Shown here piece by piece: positions 1-10,167 of a DNA stretch of 64,000 nucleotides. The stretch's first letter is position 1. Every line of letters starts with the position of its first letter. Source of the stretch: Myxococcota bacterium (GTDB lineage: Bacteria; Myxococcota_A; Polyangia; Nannocystales; Nannocystaceae); the NCBI GenBank assembly GCA_039028615.1, contig JBCCHT010000028.1:124235-188234 (forward strand), read 5' to 3'. Position numbers and translations under genes: made by a program. The notes below the pieces were generated by a model, which was given only the letters and a program-made list of their open reading frames with translations, did not search any database and was not told the DNA's origin.

Positions 1-712
1 CCTCAGCGGAGGCGTGCGCGAGTTCCAGGGCGAAGCCGAGTACGACGCGATGTGCGAAGAGGTGCTGGGTGCCTTCTCCCGCGCCGACATGCCCGAGGCG
101 CTGCGCCTGCTCGACAAGCACTTCCTCGAGCTGACCTACTCGCTGCGCTCGCTGTTCCGCGACGAGCAGCGCCGGGTCCTCGATCTCATCGTCGGCTCGG
201 CCATGACCGACGCCGAAGGCCTCGCGGGTCGGCTCTACGAGGCCCACTCGCCGCTGCTGCGCTACCTGGCCACGCTGAGCTTTCCCCTGCCGCAGCCGCT
301 CGAGCGCCTGGCCAACTTCGTGCTCAACACCACCCTGCGCCGCGAGCTCGGCCGTCGCGAGCCCGATTTTTCCCGCATCCGCACCCTGCTCGAAGAGGCG
401 CAGGGCGTCGGCGTCGAGCTCGACCACCTCGGTATGGGCTACGCGCTGCAGCAGGCGATGGAGAACGCCATGGAGCAGTGGGTCGATCGGCCCGACCAGC
501 TCGGGCGGCTCCGCCGACTGCGACGCACCGCCGAGCTGGCCCAGTCGCTGCCCTTCGAGCTCGACATGAGCGTGGTGCAGAATTACTTCTTCCGCACGCT
601 CGAGACCGAGCTACCGCGATTCTCCGAGCAAGCCGACCGCGGCGACCCGGTCGCGCTCGAGTGGCGCGACAACTTCCGAGCGCTGGGCGGCGCGCTCAAC
701 ATGCGGGTCTGA
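1..712 (+). CDS. C-terminal part of a probable DUF3536 / GH57-associated protein (5' end outside window)
   Basis: Frame is open from the window edge to TGA at 710-712. The segment YSLRSLFRDEQRRVLDLI resembles the DUF3536 C-terminus from memory, and glgC/glgA are nearby. Confidence 0.6.
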   Translation, partial: LSGGVREFQGEAEYDAMCEEVLGAFSRADMPEALRLLDKHFLELTYSLRSLFRDEQRRVLDLIVGSAMTDAEGLAGRLYEAHSPLLRYLATLSFPLPQPLERLANFVLNTTLRRELGRREPDFSRIRTLLEEAQGVGVELDHLGMGYALQQAMENAMEQWVDRPDQLGRLRRLRRTAELAQSLPFELDMSVVQNYFFRTLETELPRFSEQADRGDPVALEWRDNFRALGGALNMRV

Positions 713-784
713 CCGCAGCCCGCCATGCGGATCCGCTGAGGACGAGCGAACACTGTGCGCCCGTGCCCATCGCGAGGCCGTGCA

Positions 785-1144
785 TCAAAGCGGGGGGTCG
801 CCAGAGACGGTCACATAGCCGCCCAAGTCGTTGAAGAAGCGCTCCTCCTTGGCGGCGGCCTGCACCTCGACCGACGCCTCGGGGTTGCGCAAATGCGTGA
901 GCGCCACGGAACCAGACTCGGCCGTCTTCGAGAATTTGATCACATCGGACACGCCCGACGGCAGCATGAAGTAAAACCGCACGGTTTTGCCGTCCGAGTT
1001 GCAGATGAGGGGGGTATCGGCATTGGCACAGTCGAGCTGTTGGTAGTCTCCGTCGTTCGTAGAGAGTTTCCAGCCGAGCACTCCCCCTCCGGCAAAGCGT
1101 TTGTTTTTCACCAGGACGTCCACCGTCTTTATCGTCTCTGTCAT
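785..1144 (-). CDS. small orphan protein (119 aa), no signal peptide
   Basis: ATG at 1144 preceded by GAGGAG; starts 42 bp after the kinase stop on the same strand; visibly more AT-rich than its neighbours. Confidence 0.7.
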   Translation of the reverse strand: MTETIKTVDVLVKNKRFAGGGVLGWKLSTNDGDYQQLDCANADTPLICNSDGKTVRFYFMLPSGVSDVIKFSKTAESGSVALTHLRNPEASVEVQAAAKEERFFNDLGGYVTVSGDPPL

Positions 1145-1186
1145 CTTCGTTCTCCTCGTCGGCACTGGGGCCGCTGTTTGTTCCTG

Positions 1187-4093
1187 CTACAGCTTCTGCT
1201 CAATCCAACCATTGACGCGTTGTGCCATCGGCTCATTGCCGAGTTCACTGAATCCCTTCGCCGCCTGCTCGGCCAGCGTCCGCGCCTCGGCGCTACGCTC
1301 CGCCGACGGCCCGGGCTGCGCCACCAGGACCTTCGCGAGGTTCCAGCGGAGCGCATTGAACATCGCCGGGTTCTGCGACAGTCCTCGTGACACCCCGAGC
1401 GCGCGCCGAATCGTGCGCGCCGCCTCTTCGTAGTCCCCTTCGGACGCCTGCAAGCTCCCCAGGCCGTACAGCGGGTAGATGAGGCGCGGGTCGTCGGGCT
1501 CGGCGTGCTCGTCCAGCACCCGCAGCGCCCGCTCGTAGCGTGGCCGGGCGCGTTCGAACTCCCCCTTGGTCATGAAGCAATCGCCCACGTTGCTGTCGAG
1601 CATGCCCAGCTCGACCTGGTTGGGGCTGGCCATGCTCCGCAGGGCCTCCGCAGACCGGTCATAGGCACCGATGGCGGCGTCGATGTCTCCCGCCATACGG
1701 TGCAGGCTCGCCCGCAGCATCCACGCCTCGCTGGCGAGCATGGGGGAGACCCGAGGCCCGAGGCTGCGCTCGATGAGGTCGGCCTGCGTCGTCGCCTCCT
1801 CGATCTCGCGATGCGTCTGGTGGATCCGCGCCAGCTTCAGGCGGCTGCGGATCGCCGATGGCGTGGACTCACCGTAGATGCCCACGCGAAGCTCGATCGA
1901 GCGCAGCAGCAGCGGGCGCGCCTGGTCGTGGTCCCCTCGAATGAAGTGTAGGTAGCCCTTTTCGTCGCACAACGCCGCGACCATCGGCAGCAAGCTCTCG
2001 CGCTCCGCGACCTCCAGAGCCTCATCGAATACCGCGAGCGCCTCGTCGTCTCGTTTTGCGTCCCGATACGCCCGCCCGAGCAACATCAGGCCGCGCGCGA
2101 GCTCGAGCTCGTGGCCCGGTCCCGCCTCGCGACGCCACGCGGTGGCTTCGACGAGGGCCTCGGCCGCCGCGTCGTGCTGCTTGCGAAACGACGCCACCAT
2201 CCCCTCGAGCTGCTGTGTGGTGGCCACCGCATCGGGGCCCGCCGCCGACAGCTTGCCGCGAAGGCTGGGCATCCATGCATCGATGGCCGACGCGTCGCCC
2301 TCGTCCACGGCCACCGCCAGCAGACGGCGCAGCGCGTCGACGGCCAGCCCCTGGTCACCGGAGGCCTCCGCCATCTGCAGCGCCAACGCGAGGTCCTCGC
2401 GAGCTTCCTGTAGGCGTCGGGCCCAGCGATAAAGATGACCGCGGTTGTACAGAGCCTCGGCCAGCAGGCGCGGCGCCTCGTCCAGCGCCCTCGCCTGCTC
2501 GACCGCCGTCTCGGCCTGATCCAAGCCACGCGCGCCCTCACCCGCCGCCTGCGAGACCCAGGAACGAGCAATGGACGCCCGGACATCTCGCGCGGGGCCC
2601 TCCAACGCCGCGGGCACGGGCGAAGGGCCGCGATGCAGGGCTTGTTCGTCGTTGCACTCCTGCAACGAAGGAAGGCTGCGCACCAGGGCCGCAGCGTGAG
2701 CCGCCGTGCTCGCGTTCGCCTGCGCCAGCTGCTCGACCACCGCCTCGAGCCCCACGGAGTGGCGATCGAGGCACGCCATGCGTAGGGCCAAGGTCTCGTC
2801 CCCCGCCCGGTGGTGCACCCGTGTCTGCATGCACGCGTCCATGCGCGCGTCGGACCACTGCTCCGCGTAGCGCGACAAGTGGGTCTGCGCCTGCTCCCAC
2901 GCGGCCGTGCCCCGCTCGGCATCGGCCGCCTCGAGCCCCGACCGAACCGCGGTCTCGTCGGCATCGGTCCAGCCCGGCACCTCCGCCTCGGCCAGCGTCT
3001 CGCACGGGCGCTCGTTCCACATCGCAAACGAACCCGCCGCGACCGCGCCTCCCACCGCCCCGAGGGCTCCGAGTCCGAACACCGCGCTGCGGATCCGCCG
3101 TCGCCGTCGAGGGACTCGCTCAAGTTCATCGAGCAAGGCCCGCATGCTGTCGAAGCGCTCCGCCGGCTCGGGTGAGAGGCCTCGGAGCACCACCTGCCGC
3201 AGCCAGGGCGGCACCACGCCGGGGAACGGAGCTTCGCGCGGCTCGATGCACTGCTGCTCCTCGATCGCCACCAGCAAGGCGCTGGCCGTCCCGCCCGCGA
3301 AGGGCCGCACGCCGTACAGCGCCTCGAACAGCGAGACACAAAAGCCGAACTGATCACTGCGAGCATCGGCCCCGCGTCCCCGCAGCTGCTCGGGAGCCAT
3401 ATACGCCACCGTGCCCAGCACCGTGCCCGGTCGCGTCAGCTCCAAGGCGAGCGCCGAGCCCCCGGGATTGGTCTCGAGGGTGTCCGGTTCGGACTGGGCG
3501 TCCTCGCTGCGATCCCGCACGAGCCCGAAGTCCAGCACCCGCACCCGCCCCTCGTCGTCGATGATGCAGTTGGCGGGCTTGAAGTCGCGGTGCACCATGC
3601 CCTCGCCGTGGGCCGCCACCAAGCCGCGCCCCGCCTGCGTATAGACCTGCAGGCACGCTCTCCACCCCCGCGGCTCGGCTTGCCACTCGCGAAGCGTCTG
3701 CCCCGAGACGAGCTCCATCGCGATGAACAGGCGCCCGTCGAAGTACCCCGTCTCGTAGACCTGCACGACGTTGGGGTGCGACAGCTTGGCCAGCGCCTGG
3801 GCCTCGCGGAGCAGCCGTTGTTCGTGCTGACGACCGGTATCGGTGTGCAGCACCTTGATGGCGACCTTGCGCCCCAGCGTGTCGTCGTAGCCTTCGAAGA
3901 CGGTCCCCATGCCGCCCTGCCCCAGCCGCCGCGCCACCCGAAAGCGACCGAGGGTCGGCGCGAGCTCGGGCTTGTCGAACAGCGCCGCCCGCATGCGAGC
4001 CTTGCGAAGCTCTCGCATCGCCCCCGGAGAATTCCCGGGCGGCTCCGGCGTCGGTGAGGCGGCCAGCTCGTCGTCGACACGGGTCTCGTCCAC
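1187..4093 (-). CDS. membrane Ser/Thr protein kinase with C-terminal TPR repeats
   Basis: GQGGMG, VAIK, HRDFKPAN, DFG and YMAPE motifs; RRRRR then a TM helix, a Cys-containing segment and TPR-like helices. Start chosen at GTG 4093 (GGAGG upstream); 4135 or 4213 also possible. Confidence 0.92.
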   Translation of the reverse strand: MDETRVDDELAASPTPEPPGNSPGAMRELRKARMRAALFDKPELAPTLGRFRVARRLGQGGMGTVFEGYDDTLGRKVAIKVLHTDTGRQHEQRLLREAQALAKLSHPNVVQVYETGYFDGRLFIAMELVSGQTLREWQAEPRGWRACLQVYTQAGRGLVAAHGEGMVHRDFKPANCIIDDEGRVRVLDFGLVRDRSEDAQSEPDTLETNPGGSALALELTRPGTVLGTVAYMAPEQLRGRGADARSDQFGFCVSLFEALYGVRPFAGGTASALLVAIEEQQCIEPREAPFPGVVPPWLRQVVLRGLSPEPAERFDSMRALLDELERVPRRRRRIRSAVFGLGALGAVGGAVAAGSFAMWNERPCETLAEAEVPGWTDADETAVRSGLEAADAERGTAAWEQAQTHLSRYAEQWSDARMDACMQTRVHHRAGDETLALRMACLDRHSVGLEAVVEQLAQANASTAAHAAALVRSLPSLQECNDEQALHRGPSPVPAALEGPARDVRASIARSWVSQAAGEGARGLDQAETAVEQARALDEAPRLLAEALYNRGHLYRWARRLQEAREDLALALQMAEASGDQGLAVDALRRLLAVAVDEGDASAIDAWMPSLRGKLSAAGPDAVATTQQLEGMVASFRKQHDAAAEALVEATAWRREAGPGHELELARGLMLLGRAYRDAKRDDEALAVFDEALEVAERESLLPMVAALCDEKGYLHFIRGDHDQARPLLLRSIELRVGIYGESTPSAIRSRLKLARIHQTHREIEEATTQADLIERSLGPRVSPMLASEAWMLRASLHRMAGDIDAAIGAYDRSAEALRSMASPNQVELGMLDSNVGDCFMTKGEFERARPRYERALRVLDEHAEPDDPRLIYPLYGLGSLQASEGDYEEAARTIRRALGVSRGLSQNPAMFNALRWNLAKVLVAQPGPSAERSAEARTLAEQAAKGFSELGNEPMAQRVNGWIEQKL

Positions 4094-4240
4094 GGTCCTC
4101 GGCCTCCGCACGAGCCGAACTCGCGCAGCATCCATGGTAGTCGAAGCGTCGGTGCTCCGCGGGTGACCCGGCCTCACATCCAAAGGAGTGTCGCGACCCC
4201 GGATCGGGATCACGGCCGCCGTACGAACGTCGTTCGCCCG

Positions 4241-4858
4241 TCAGGACGGGGACAGAGCGAGGTCGCGGACTTGGGCGGCCCAGCCATCGAGCCCGCCGAG
4301 GGTGCTGTCGGTCATGGCCTGCTCGGTGGACAGCTCGGCGATCACATCGTGCAGCCGCTCTCGAGCCCGACGCATGCGACTGCGGACCGTGCCCACCGGG
4401 AGCTCGAGGACCTCGGCGATGTCGTTGGTGGTCATCGTCTCCCAGTAGTGCAGCTCGAGGATCATCTGCAGATCCATGGGAATGCGCCGCAGCGCCTCGA
4501 CCAGCAGTCGCTCCTCTTCGCGCCGATACAGCATGGTGCTGGGCCCAGGAGCGAGATCGTGGGCCGAGCACGAGTCGAAGCTGGCGCTGGCGCTGCCCGC
4601 TTGCTTCTTGCGGATGTAGCCGCGCAGCACGTTGCAGGCCACGCCATACATGTACGCCCGAAAGCTCGACCCTTCACGCACCCGGTCACGGCCCCGCACA
4701 CAGGCCATGAAGGTCTCCTGCACCAGGTCGTCGGGATCGCCGCTGACCTTGTTGGCAAAGAACCTCGAGATGGGATCGAAGTAGCGCTCGAAGAGCTGCT
4801 CGCCCGCGTCCTTGTCCCCGTTGCGCCACCCCTCGAGAAGGGCTGCATCATCTACCAC
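4241..4858 (-). CDS. ECF-type RNA polymerase sigma factor
   Basis: Sigma2 region (DDLVQETF...SSFRAYMYGVACN) and sigma4 region (IAEVLELPVGTVRSRMRRARERL); GTG start at 4858 within the long ORF 4241..5923. Confidence 0.9.
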   Translation of the reverse strand: MVDDAALLEGWRNGDKDAGEQLFERYFDPISRFFANKVSGDPDDLVQETFMACVRGRDRVREGSSFRAYMYGVACNVLRGYIRKKQAGSASASFDSCSAHDLAPGPSTMLYRREEERLLVEALRRIPMDLQMILELHYWETMTTNDIAEVLELPVGTVRSRMRRARERLHDVIAELSTEQAMTDSTLGGLDGWAAQVRDLALSPS

Positions 4859-4899
4859 GGAAGGAACGATACCCGGGCCAGCCGGCCCCGGGCAAGCGA

Positions 4900-6159
4900 C
4901 TACAGCTCGGCGAGCATGGCCGGCGTGACCAGGGTGACCCCGCCCTCGCTGACGTAAAAGCGCTTCGAATCGAGCTCGCGATCCTGACCGATGACCATGC
5001 CCTCGGGGATGTTGCAGCCCTCGGCCACGATCGCCTTGTGAACGCGGGCGTGTCGGCCGACGTTCACCTGCGGAAGCAGCACCGAGTCTTCCACCACGCT
5101 GAACGAGTTCACGCGAACGTCGTTGAAGAGCATGGTGCGGCGCACGACCCCGCCCGACAAGATGCAGCCGGCCGAGACCATGGAGTCCACCGCCATGCCC
5201 CGTCGCTCGTCGTCGTCGAACACGAACTTCGCCGCCGGTCGCTGGTGGTGATACGTCCAGATCGGCCAGCGACCGTCGTACAGGTCGAGCGACGGCGTGA
5301 CGTGCACCAAGTCGAGGTTGGCCTCCCAGAACGCGTCGAGGGTCCCGACGTCGCGCCAGTAGGGCTCGATCGCCCCCGGGGACATCACGCAGCTGTGGGC
5401 AAAGGGGTGGGCGTAGACCTTGGTGTCCTTGCGATCGACCAGGTGCGGCACGATGTCGTGGCCGAAGTCGTGCGACGACTCGGGGTCGGCGGCGTCCCGC
5501 CGCAGCTGCTCGCGCAGCAGGTCGGCATTGAACACGTAGATGCCCATGCTCGCGTAGCAGGTGTCGGGCTTGCCGGGGATGCAGGGCGGCTCCACCGGCT
5601 TTTCCAAGAAGCCCTCGATGCGGCCCTCTTCGTCGGCGTCGACGATGCCGAAGCCGCTGCCCAGCCGTCGCGGGACCTCGACACACGACACGGTCACGTC
5701 GGCACCGCGCTCGAGGTGCCACGCGAGCAGGCGGCTGTAGTCCTGACGATAGACGTGGTCGCCGGCGAGGATGACCACGTAGCGCGGGCCGTGGCTCTCG
5801 ATGATCTCGAGGTTTTGATAGACGGCGTCGGCGGTGCCCATGTACCAGCTGCCCGCCGCGGTCTGCTGCTGCGCCGGCCACAGCTCGACGAACTCTCCCA
5901 GCTCGGCCCGCAGGAAGTTCCACCCCCGCTCGATGTGGCGGATGAGGTGATGCGCCCGATACTGCGTGATCACACTGATCCGTCGCACCCCCGAATTGAG
6001 GCAGTTCGAGAGCGGAAAATCGACGATGCGAAACTTGCCTCCGAAGGGCACGGCCGGCTTCGCGAGCTGGTCGGTCAACGAGCGCAACCGGCTGCCTCGA
6101 CCCCCCGCCAAGACCAGAGCCAGGGTATTGCGCACCGCGTCATTGAGGTCGTAGCTCAC
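4900..6159 (-). CDS. glgC: glucose-1-phosphate adenylyltransferase
   Basis: LAGGRGSRL, AKPAVPFGGKFRIVDF, ILAGDHVY, FLEKP, ASMGIYVF, DFGHD and YWRDVGT motifs; GTG at 6159 with AAGGA RBS. Confidence 0.97.
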   Translation of the reverse strand: MSYDLNDAVRNTLALVLAGGRGSRLRSLTDQLAKPAVPFGGKFRIVDFPLSNCLNSGVRRISVITQYRAHHLIRHIERGWNFLRAELGEFVELWPAQQQTAAGSWYMGTADAVYQNLEIIESHGPRYVVILAGDHVYRQDYSRLLAWHLERGADVTVSCVEVPRRLGSGFGIVDADEEGRIEGFLEKPVEPPCIPGKPDTCYASMGIYVFNADLLREQLRRDAADPESSHDFGHDIVPHLVDRKDTKVYAHPFAHSCVMSPGAIEPYWRDVGTLDAFWEANLDLVHVTPSLDLYDGRWPIWTYHHQRPAAKFVFDDDERRGMAVDSMVSAGCILSGGVVRRTMLFNDVRVNSFSVVEDSVLLPQVNVGRHARVHKAIVAEGCNIPEGMVIGQDRELDSKRFYVSEGGVTLVTPAMLAEL

Positions 6160-6237
6160 GATGTTCCTTTTGCCATGACGCCCCCTTTCACGCCAAGGAC
6201 CATCGCGGACCGGGGCAGACCGGGATACCCTCCGCGC

Positions 6238-7692
6238 ATGCGCGTGCTGATGGTCGCCTCCGAGCTGTTCCCCCTGGTCAAGACCGGGGGCCTCGCCGAC
6301 GTTGCGGGCGCGCTTCCGCGGGCTTTGTGTCGTCGCGGTCACGACGTTCGCGTGCTCGTACCCGGCTATCGCGGCGTGCTGGAAGCCGCCGAGGAACCCG
6401 AGGCTCCCATCCCGCTGGGCGACCCGCTGGGCGCCGGCCCGGCAGAGCTGGTGCCGGCGAAGTTGCCGAACCTCGGCACCCCCATCTACGTGCTGCGCTG
6501 CCCTGCCCTCTACGACCGCCCGGGCGGCCCCTATCTCGATCCGCACGGCAATGATTGGACGGACAATCACCTGCGTTTTGCGTTGATGGCTCGCGCCGCC
6601 ACGATCCTGGGCGTCGCCGGCACCCCCCTGGGCTGGGCGCCTCAGGTCATTCACGCGCACGACTGGCAGGCGGGCCTGGTCGCCGCCTATCTGCAGCTAT
6701 GGGGCGGCGCGCGGCCGGCTACGGTGTTCACGATCCACAACCTGCACTTCGCCGGGCGTTTCCACCCCGTGCTGATGTCCGCCGTCGGCCTGCCGCACTC
6801 GCTGTTCTCGCCCTACGGCGTCGAGCTGTACGGCGCGATATCGTTCCTCAAGGGCGCGCTGTATTACTCGGACCGGCTCACCACCGTCAGCCCTACGTAC
6901 GCGCGCGAGATTCAGACCTCCGAGTACGGCGAGGGGCTCGAAGGGCTGCTGGCGGCTCGAGACCCGCACCTGCACGGCATCCTCAACGGCATCGACGACG
7001 AAATCTGGAACCCGGCGACCGATCCCGCGCTCAGCGAGCACTACGACGCGCAGGACATGGCGGGCAAAGAGCGCGCCAAGGCGGCCCTTCAGCAGGAGGT
7101 GGGCCTGCGCGTCGATCCCAAGGCGCCCGTGTTCGGCATGGTCACCCGACTCACCGGACAAAAGGGCGTCGACCTGGTGCTGGCCAACATCCCGCTGCTG
7201 CTGCAACGCGGCGCGCAGCTGGTGGTGCTCGGCTCGGGTGCCGCCGCCTACGAGCTGGGCCTGGCCGAAGCCATGCGTCAGAACCCGGGGCAGGTCGCCT
7301 ACCGCAACGGCTACGACGAGCCGCTGTCGCACCGCATCATGGCCGGCTCCGACTTCGTGCTCGTGCCCTCGCGCTTCGAACCCTGCGGGCTCACCCAGAT
7401 GTACGCCCAGCGATACGGCGCGATTCCGATCGTGCGCGAGACCGGCGGCCTCGCCGACACCGTGCACGACTGCTGGGCCCACCCCGACCACGGCACGGGC
7501 TACTCGTTCCGCGATGCCACCGACTGGGCGATGGGCAACGCGATGTGGCGCGGCATGGAGAGCTTCGGCACGCCGCGACACGCCCAGCTGCGGCACCGCG
7601 CCATGCAGCGCGACTTCGGCTGGGGACCCTCGGCGGCGAAGTACGAGGCGGTCTACGACGCGGCCCTGCGTGCGCCCGCCCGCCTGCTCTAG
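6238..7692 (+). CDS. glgA: glycogen synthase
   Basis: KTGGLADV, HAHDWQ, TIHNL, TTVSPTYA, RLTGQKG and PSRFEPCGLTQ motifs. Confidence 0.97.
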   Translation: MRVLMVASELFPLVKTGGLADVAGALPRALCRRGHDVRVLVPGYRGVLEAAEEPEAPIPLGDPLGAGPAELVPAKLPNLGTPIYVLRCPALYDRPGGPYLDPHGNDWTDNHLRFALMARAATILGVAGTPLGWAPQVIHAHDWQAGLVAAYLQLWGGARPATVFTIHNLHFAGRFHPVLMSAVGLPHSLFSPYGVELYGAISFLKGALYYSDRLTTVSPTYAREIQTSEYGEGLEGLLAARDPHLHGILNGIDDEIWNPATDPALSEHYDAQDMAGKERAKAALQQEVGLRVDPKAPVFGMVTRLTGQKGVDLVLANIPLLLQRGAQLVVLGSGAAAYELGLAEAMRQNPGQVAYRNGYDEPLSHRIMAGSDFVLVPSRFEPCGLTQMYAQRYGAIPIVRETGGLADTVHDCWAHPDHGTGYSFRDATDWAMGNAMWRGMESFGTPRHAQLRHRAMQRDFGWGPSAAKYEAVYDAALRAPARLL

Positions 7693-7707
7693 GCGAGCAT
7701 CACCGCG

Positions 7708-9246
7708 TCAGCCGACGTGCCAGTGCGGCATGATGCCGTGCGGCGAGATGAAGTACTTCGACGGCGACACGTAGCGCAGGTTGGTCACGCGGCTGGTGTA
7801 GATGCACGCGTAGTACTCGACCTGCGACCCGAAGCGGCTCATGTCGTAGCGCTCGGCGAAGCTGCTGCCCCAGTAGGGATTGAAGGCCTCGTCGACCTCC
7901 TGGCTGCGTCGCGCCAGGGTCTGGCGGGTCTGGTCCTCGTAGGCCCGCAGGCGCTCGACCTCGTGCCGTACCGCCGTGCGCCCCTCCTCGAGCATGCGCT
8001 CGGCATCCTCTCGCGACAGCTCCCCGTGGTCGGCCAGGGCCTGCACAGTGGTGCGCCCGAGCACTCGCCCCAGGTGTCGCTGCAACGAGATCTTGGCCGA
8101 GATGCGCGCGCGCAGGGTGTAGAGCGCCTCGATCTCCTCGAGGGTGATGGAGTGCGCATGGCGTACGGCCAGCTCGTGCTGGAGCTCCTGCACGATGAGA
8201 GCGGTGCGCCACCCCGAGCTCTTCTTGCTACGCACGATGTCGCCGTAGATATGGTCGCCGACGTAGAGGACCTCGTCGGGGTAGACACCGAAGGAGCGCT
8301 GAAGCACCTGCTGGTTGCCGCCCTGGTAGATCTTGCCGCGCTGCACCTCTTGCCGCGGCGCGCCCACGGCCTTGCCGTCGCGATCGAGCTCTTGGAAGGG
8401 TCGCTCGTCGCCGAAGAAGCCGGGCTTGCCCGAGCCCACCACCACCCAGTCGAAGTACGCCAGCCAGTCGGAGTAGCTGGGTGAGCTGTCGTTGAGCAGG
8501 TAGCTCATGACCACGTTGGTATAGGGGAAGAAGCTGTTGGTGAGGACGAAGAGCTTCTTGCCCGCCGAGCGGAGCTTGTGCAGCGTCTCGGGCAGATCGG
8601 AATCGCGATCGATGTAGCGGCCCGGATCACGCGCGATGAGGTCTTTGATCGAGCCATCGCGGTGGCTCTCGTCGATGCACTCGCGAACGTCCTGCCACAT
8701 CTCGGGGTAGCTCGGCGGCGACGAGCCCGGCCACAGCTCGGGGTTGTTGTCGATGAGCTCGACGATCTCCGCACACAGCGTGACCTCGGGGAGTTCGAAG
8801 AGCGTGTCGACCTCGGCGAAGCGTTCCTTCTCCTGCCCGAGCCGCTGCACCCGATAGATCGAGCGCCGCTCCTCCCGGCTCAGCAAGCGGCGTCCGTGAT
8901 AGGCACGCCCCACGTATCCGTGCCGATCGAGCTTGATGACGTTGCCCAGGTGCTTGTCGAAGACGAGCCCGCGGATGGCGAAGCGAGAGTCCGCATCGAT
9001 CTCGCGGAGCTTGTCCGGGTAGCCCCGTGACACCAGCTTGTCGAGCGTCGCCACCAACGACAGCTCCTCGATCCCGTCCTGCCGATAGATCGCCAGGGTG
9101 TAGTCCATGTCGAATCCCATATGCGAGACCCGATCGAGGTTGAGGTCGCGATTGGTGAAGATGCGACGCTCGGGCGGCGGATCGGGCTCGAGGCCTTCGT
9201 CGACCAAGAGCCGACGCAATGCGGTGGGAAGCTCGGAATATGACAC
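7708..9246 (-). CDS. HAD-IG family 5'-nucleotidase (cN-II-like)
   Basis: GFDMDYTL, LTNS, KPGFF and YVGDHIYGDI motifs. Start uncertain; GTG 9246 chosen. Confidence 0.9.
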   Translation of the reverse strand: MSYSELPTALRRLLVDEGLEPDPPPERRIFTNRDLNLDRVSHMGFDMDYTLAIYRQDGIEELSLVATLDKLVSRGYPDKLREIDADSRFAIRGLVFDKHLGNVIKLDRHGYVGRAYHGRRLLSREERRSIYRVQRLGQEKERFAEVDTLFELPEVTLCAEIVELIDNNPELWPGSSPPSYPEMWQDVRECIDESHRDGSIKDLIARDPGRYIDRDSDLPETLHKLRSAGKKLFVLTNSFFPYTNVVMSYLLNDSSPSYSDWLAYFDWVVVGSGKPGFFGDERPFQELDRDGKAVGAPRQEVQRGKIYQGGNQQVLQRSFGVYPDEVLYVGDHIYGDIVRSKKSSGWRTALIVQELQHELAVRHAHSITLEEIEALYTLRARISAKISLQRHLGRVLGRTTVQALADHGELSREDAERMLEEGRTAVRHEVERLRAYEDQTRQTLARRSQEVDEAFNPYWGSSFAERYDMSRFGSQVEYYACIYTSRVTNLRYVSPSKYFISPHGIMPHWHVG

Positions 9247-9334
9247 GGGCCGGTCCAGCGTAACGCGGGCCGACCCGTTGACCCAAACCCGGGCCCAAAA
9301 CGAAGCCCCGCGAGCGCGGAGCGACGCAACTTGC

Positions 9335-10102
9335 TCAGCCCGAACCGACCGCGACGTAGTCGTCGAGGCACACGGACACCGCGGAGTTGTCGTTGTTGTG
9401 CCCGCCGCCATAACCCTCGTCGGGCGACTGCGGCAGCAGAGCCGTGGGGCCGCCGCTGATGGTCAGCAGCATCTCTTGCTCGACGGCGACCGTGGTGTTG
9501 CGAACCGTGGCCATCGCGGTCAGCACGACGCGGCCATCGTCGTCGTCGATCCAGTTGCCGATCGAACCACCACCCAGGGCATCGGCGGTGTTGTTTCGAA
9601 TCCAGACGGAGACCTGCGCCTCGGCGTCGCCACCGTTGACCAGGTCGCGCAGCGGGACGTCGCACCAGTCGACCAAGTCGTTGCTCGCACTCTGCAGCAC
9701 CGCCAACGAGCCTTGGCGCATGCAGGGTCGACCACCGCACGAGACGTCGTTGCCCGCGAGGATCTCGTTGCGCTGCCCGGTTACGATGTCGGTGTCGTCG
9801 GGGATGCAGTCGCCACAAGGATCGGAACACGTGGCGCCCTGCGGGTGCGAGCCGACCAGCGCGTCGTCGATCTGCGTGTCGTTCATCGTGAGGTACTGGG
9901 CCGCCGCCAGGTCGAGCGCGCCCTGAGCCGCCATCAAGGCCCGCTCCCGAGCCACGAGCTGCCCTGCCTGCGTCACGTCGCGAGCCGAGCTCCGCACGGC
10001 GAGCAACCCGAGCGTCATCAAGGAGACGGTCAGCAGCATCACGCTGACCATGGTGGCTCCGCGCTGGCGCGAAGCATCGGGACGACTGACACGGGTACTC
10101 AT
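9335..10102 (-). CDS. type IV minor pilin, PilX-like
   Basis: Prepilin leader RQRG|ATMVSVMLL lacking Glu5, as expected for PilX; A-x-x-AA-x-GA motif; last gene of the pilin operon. Confidence 0.8.
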   Translation of the reverse strand: MSTRVSRPDASRQRGATMVSVMLLTVSLMTLGLLAVRSSARDVTQAGQLVARERALMAAQGALDLAAAQYLTMNDTQIDDALVGSHPQGATCSDPCGDCIPDDTDIVTGQRNEILAGNDVSCGGRPCMRQGSLAVLQSASNDLVDWCDVPLRDLVNGGDAEAQVSVWIRNNTADALGGGSIGNWIDDDDGRVVLTAMATVRNTTVAVEQEMLLTISGGPTALLPQSPDEGYGGGHNNDNSAVSVCLDDYVAVGSG

Positions 10103-10167
10103 GCTGGCCCTTCCTTGCAAATACGATTCTACAGTCATGGCAACGACTCGACTACAGCGTCCGTCCC

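Noticed and set aside
7708..9246. Eukaryote-like cN-II nucleotidase as a recent gene transfer
   Set aside because: The family is already known in bacteria and codon usage matches the host.
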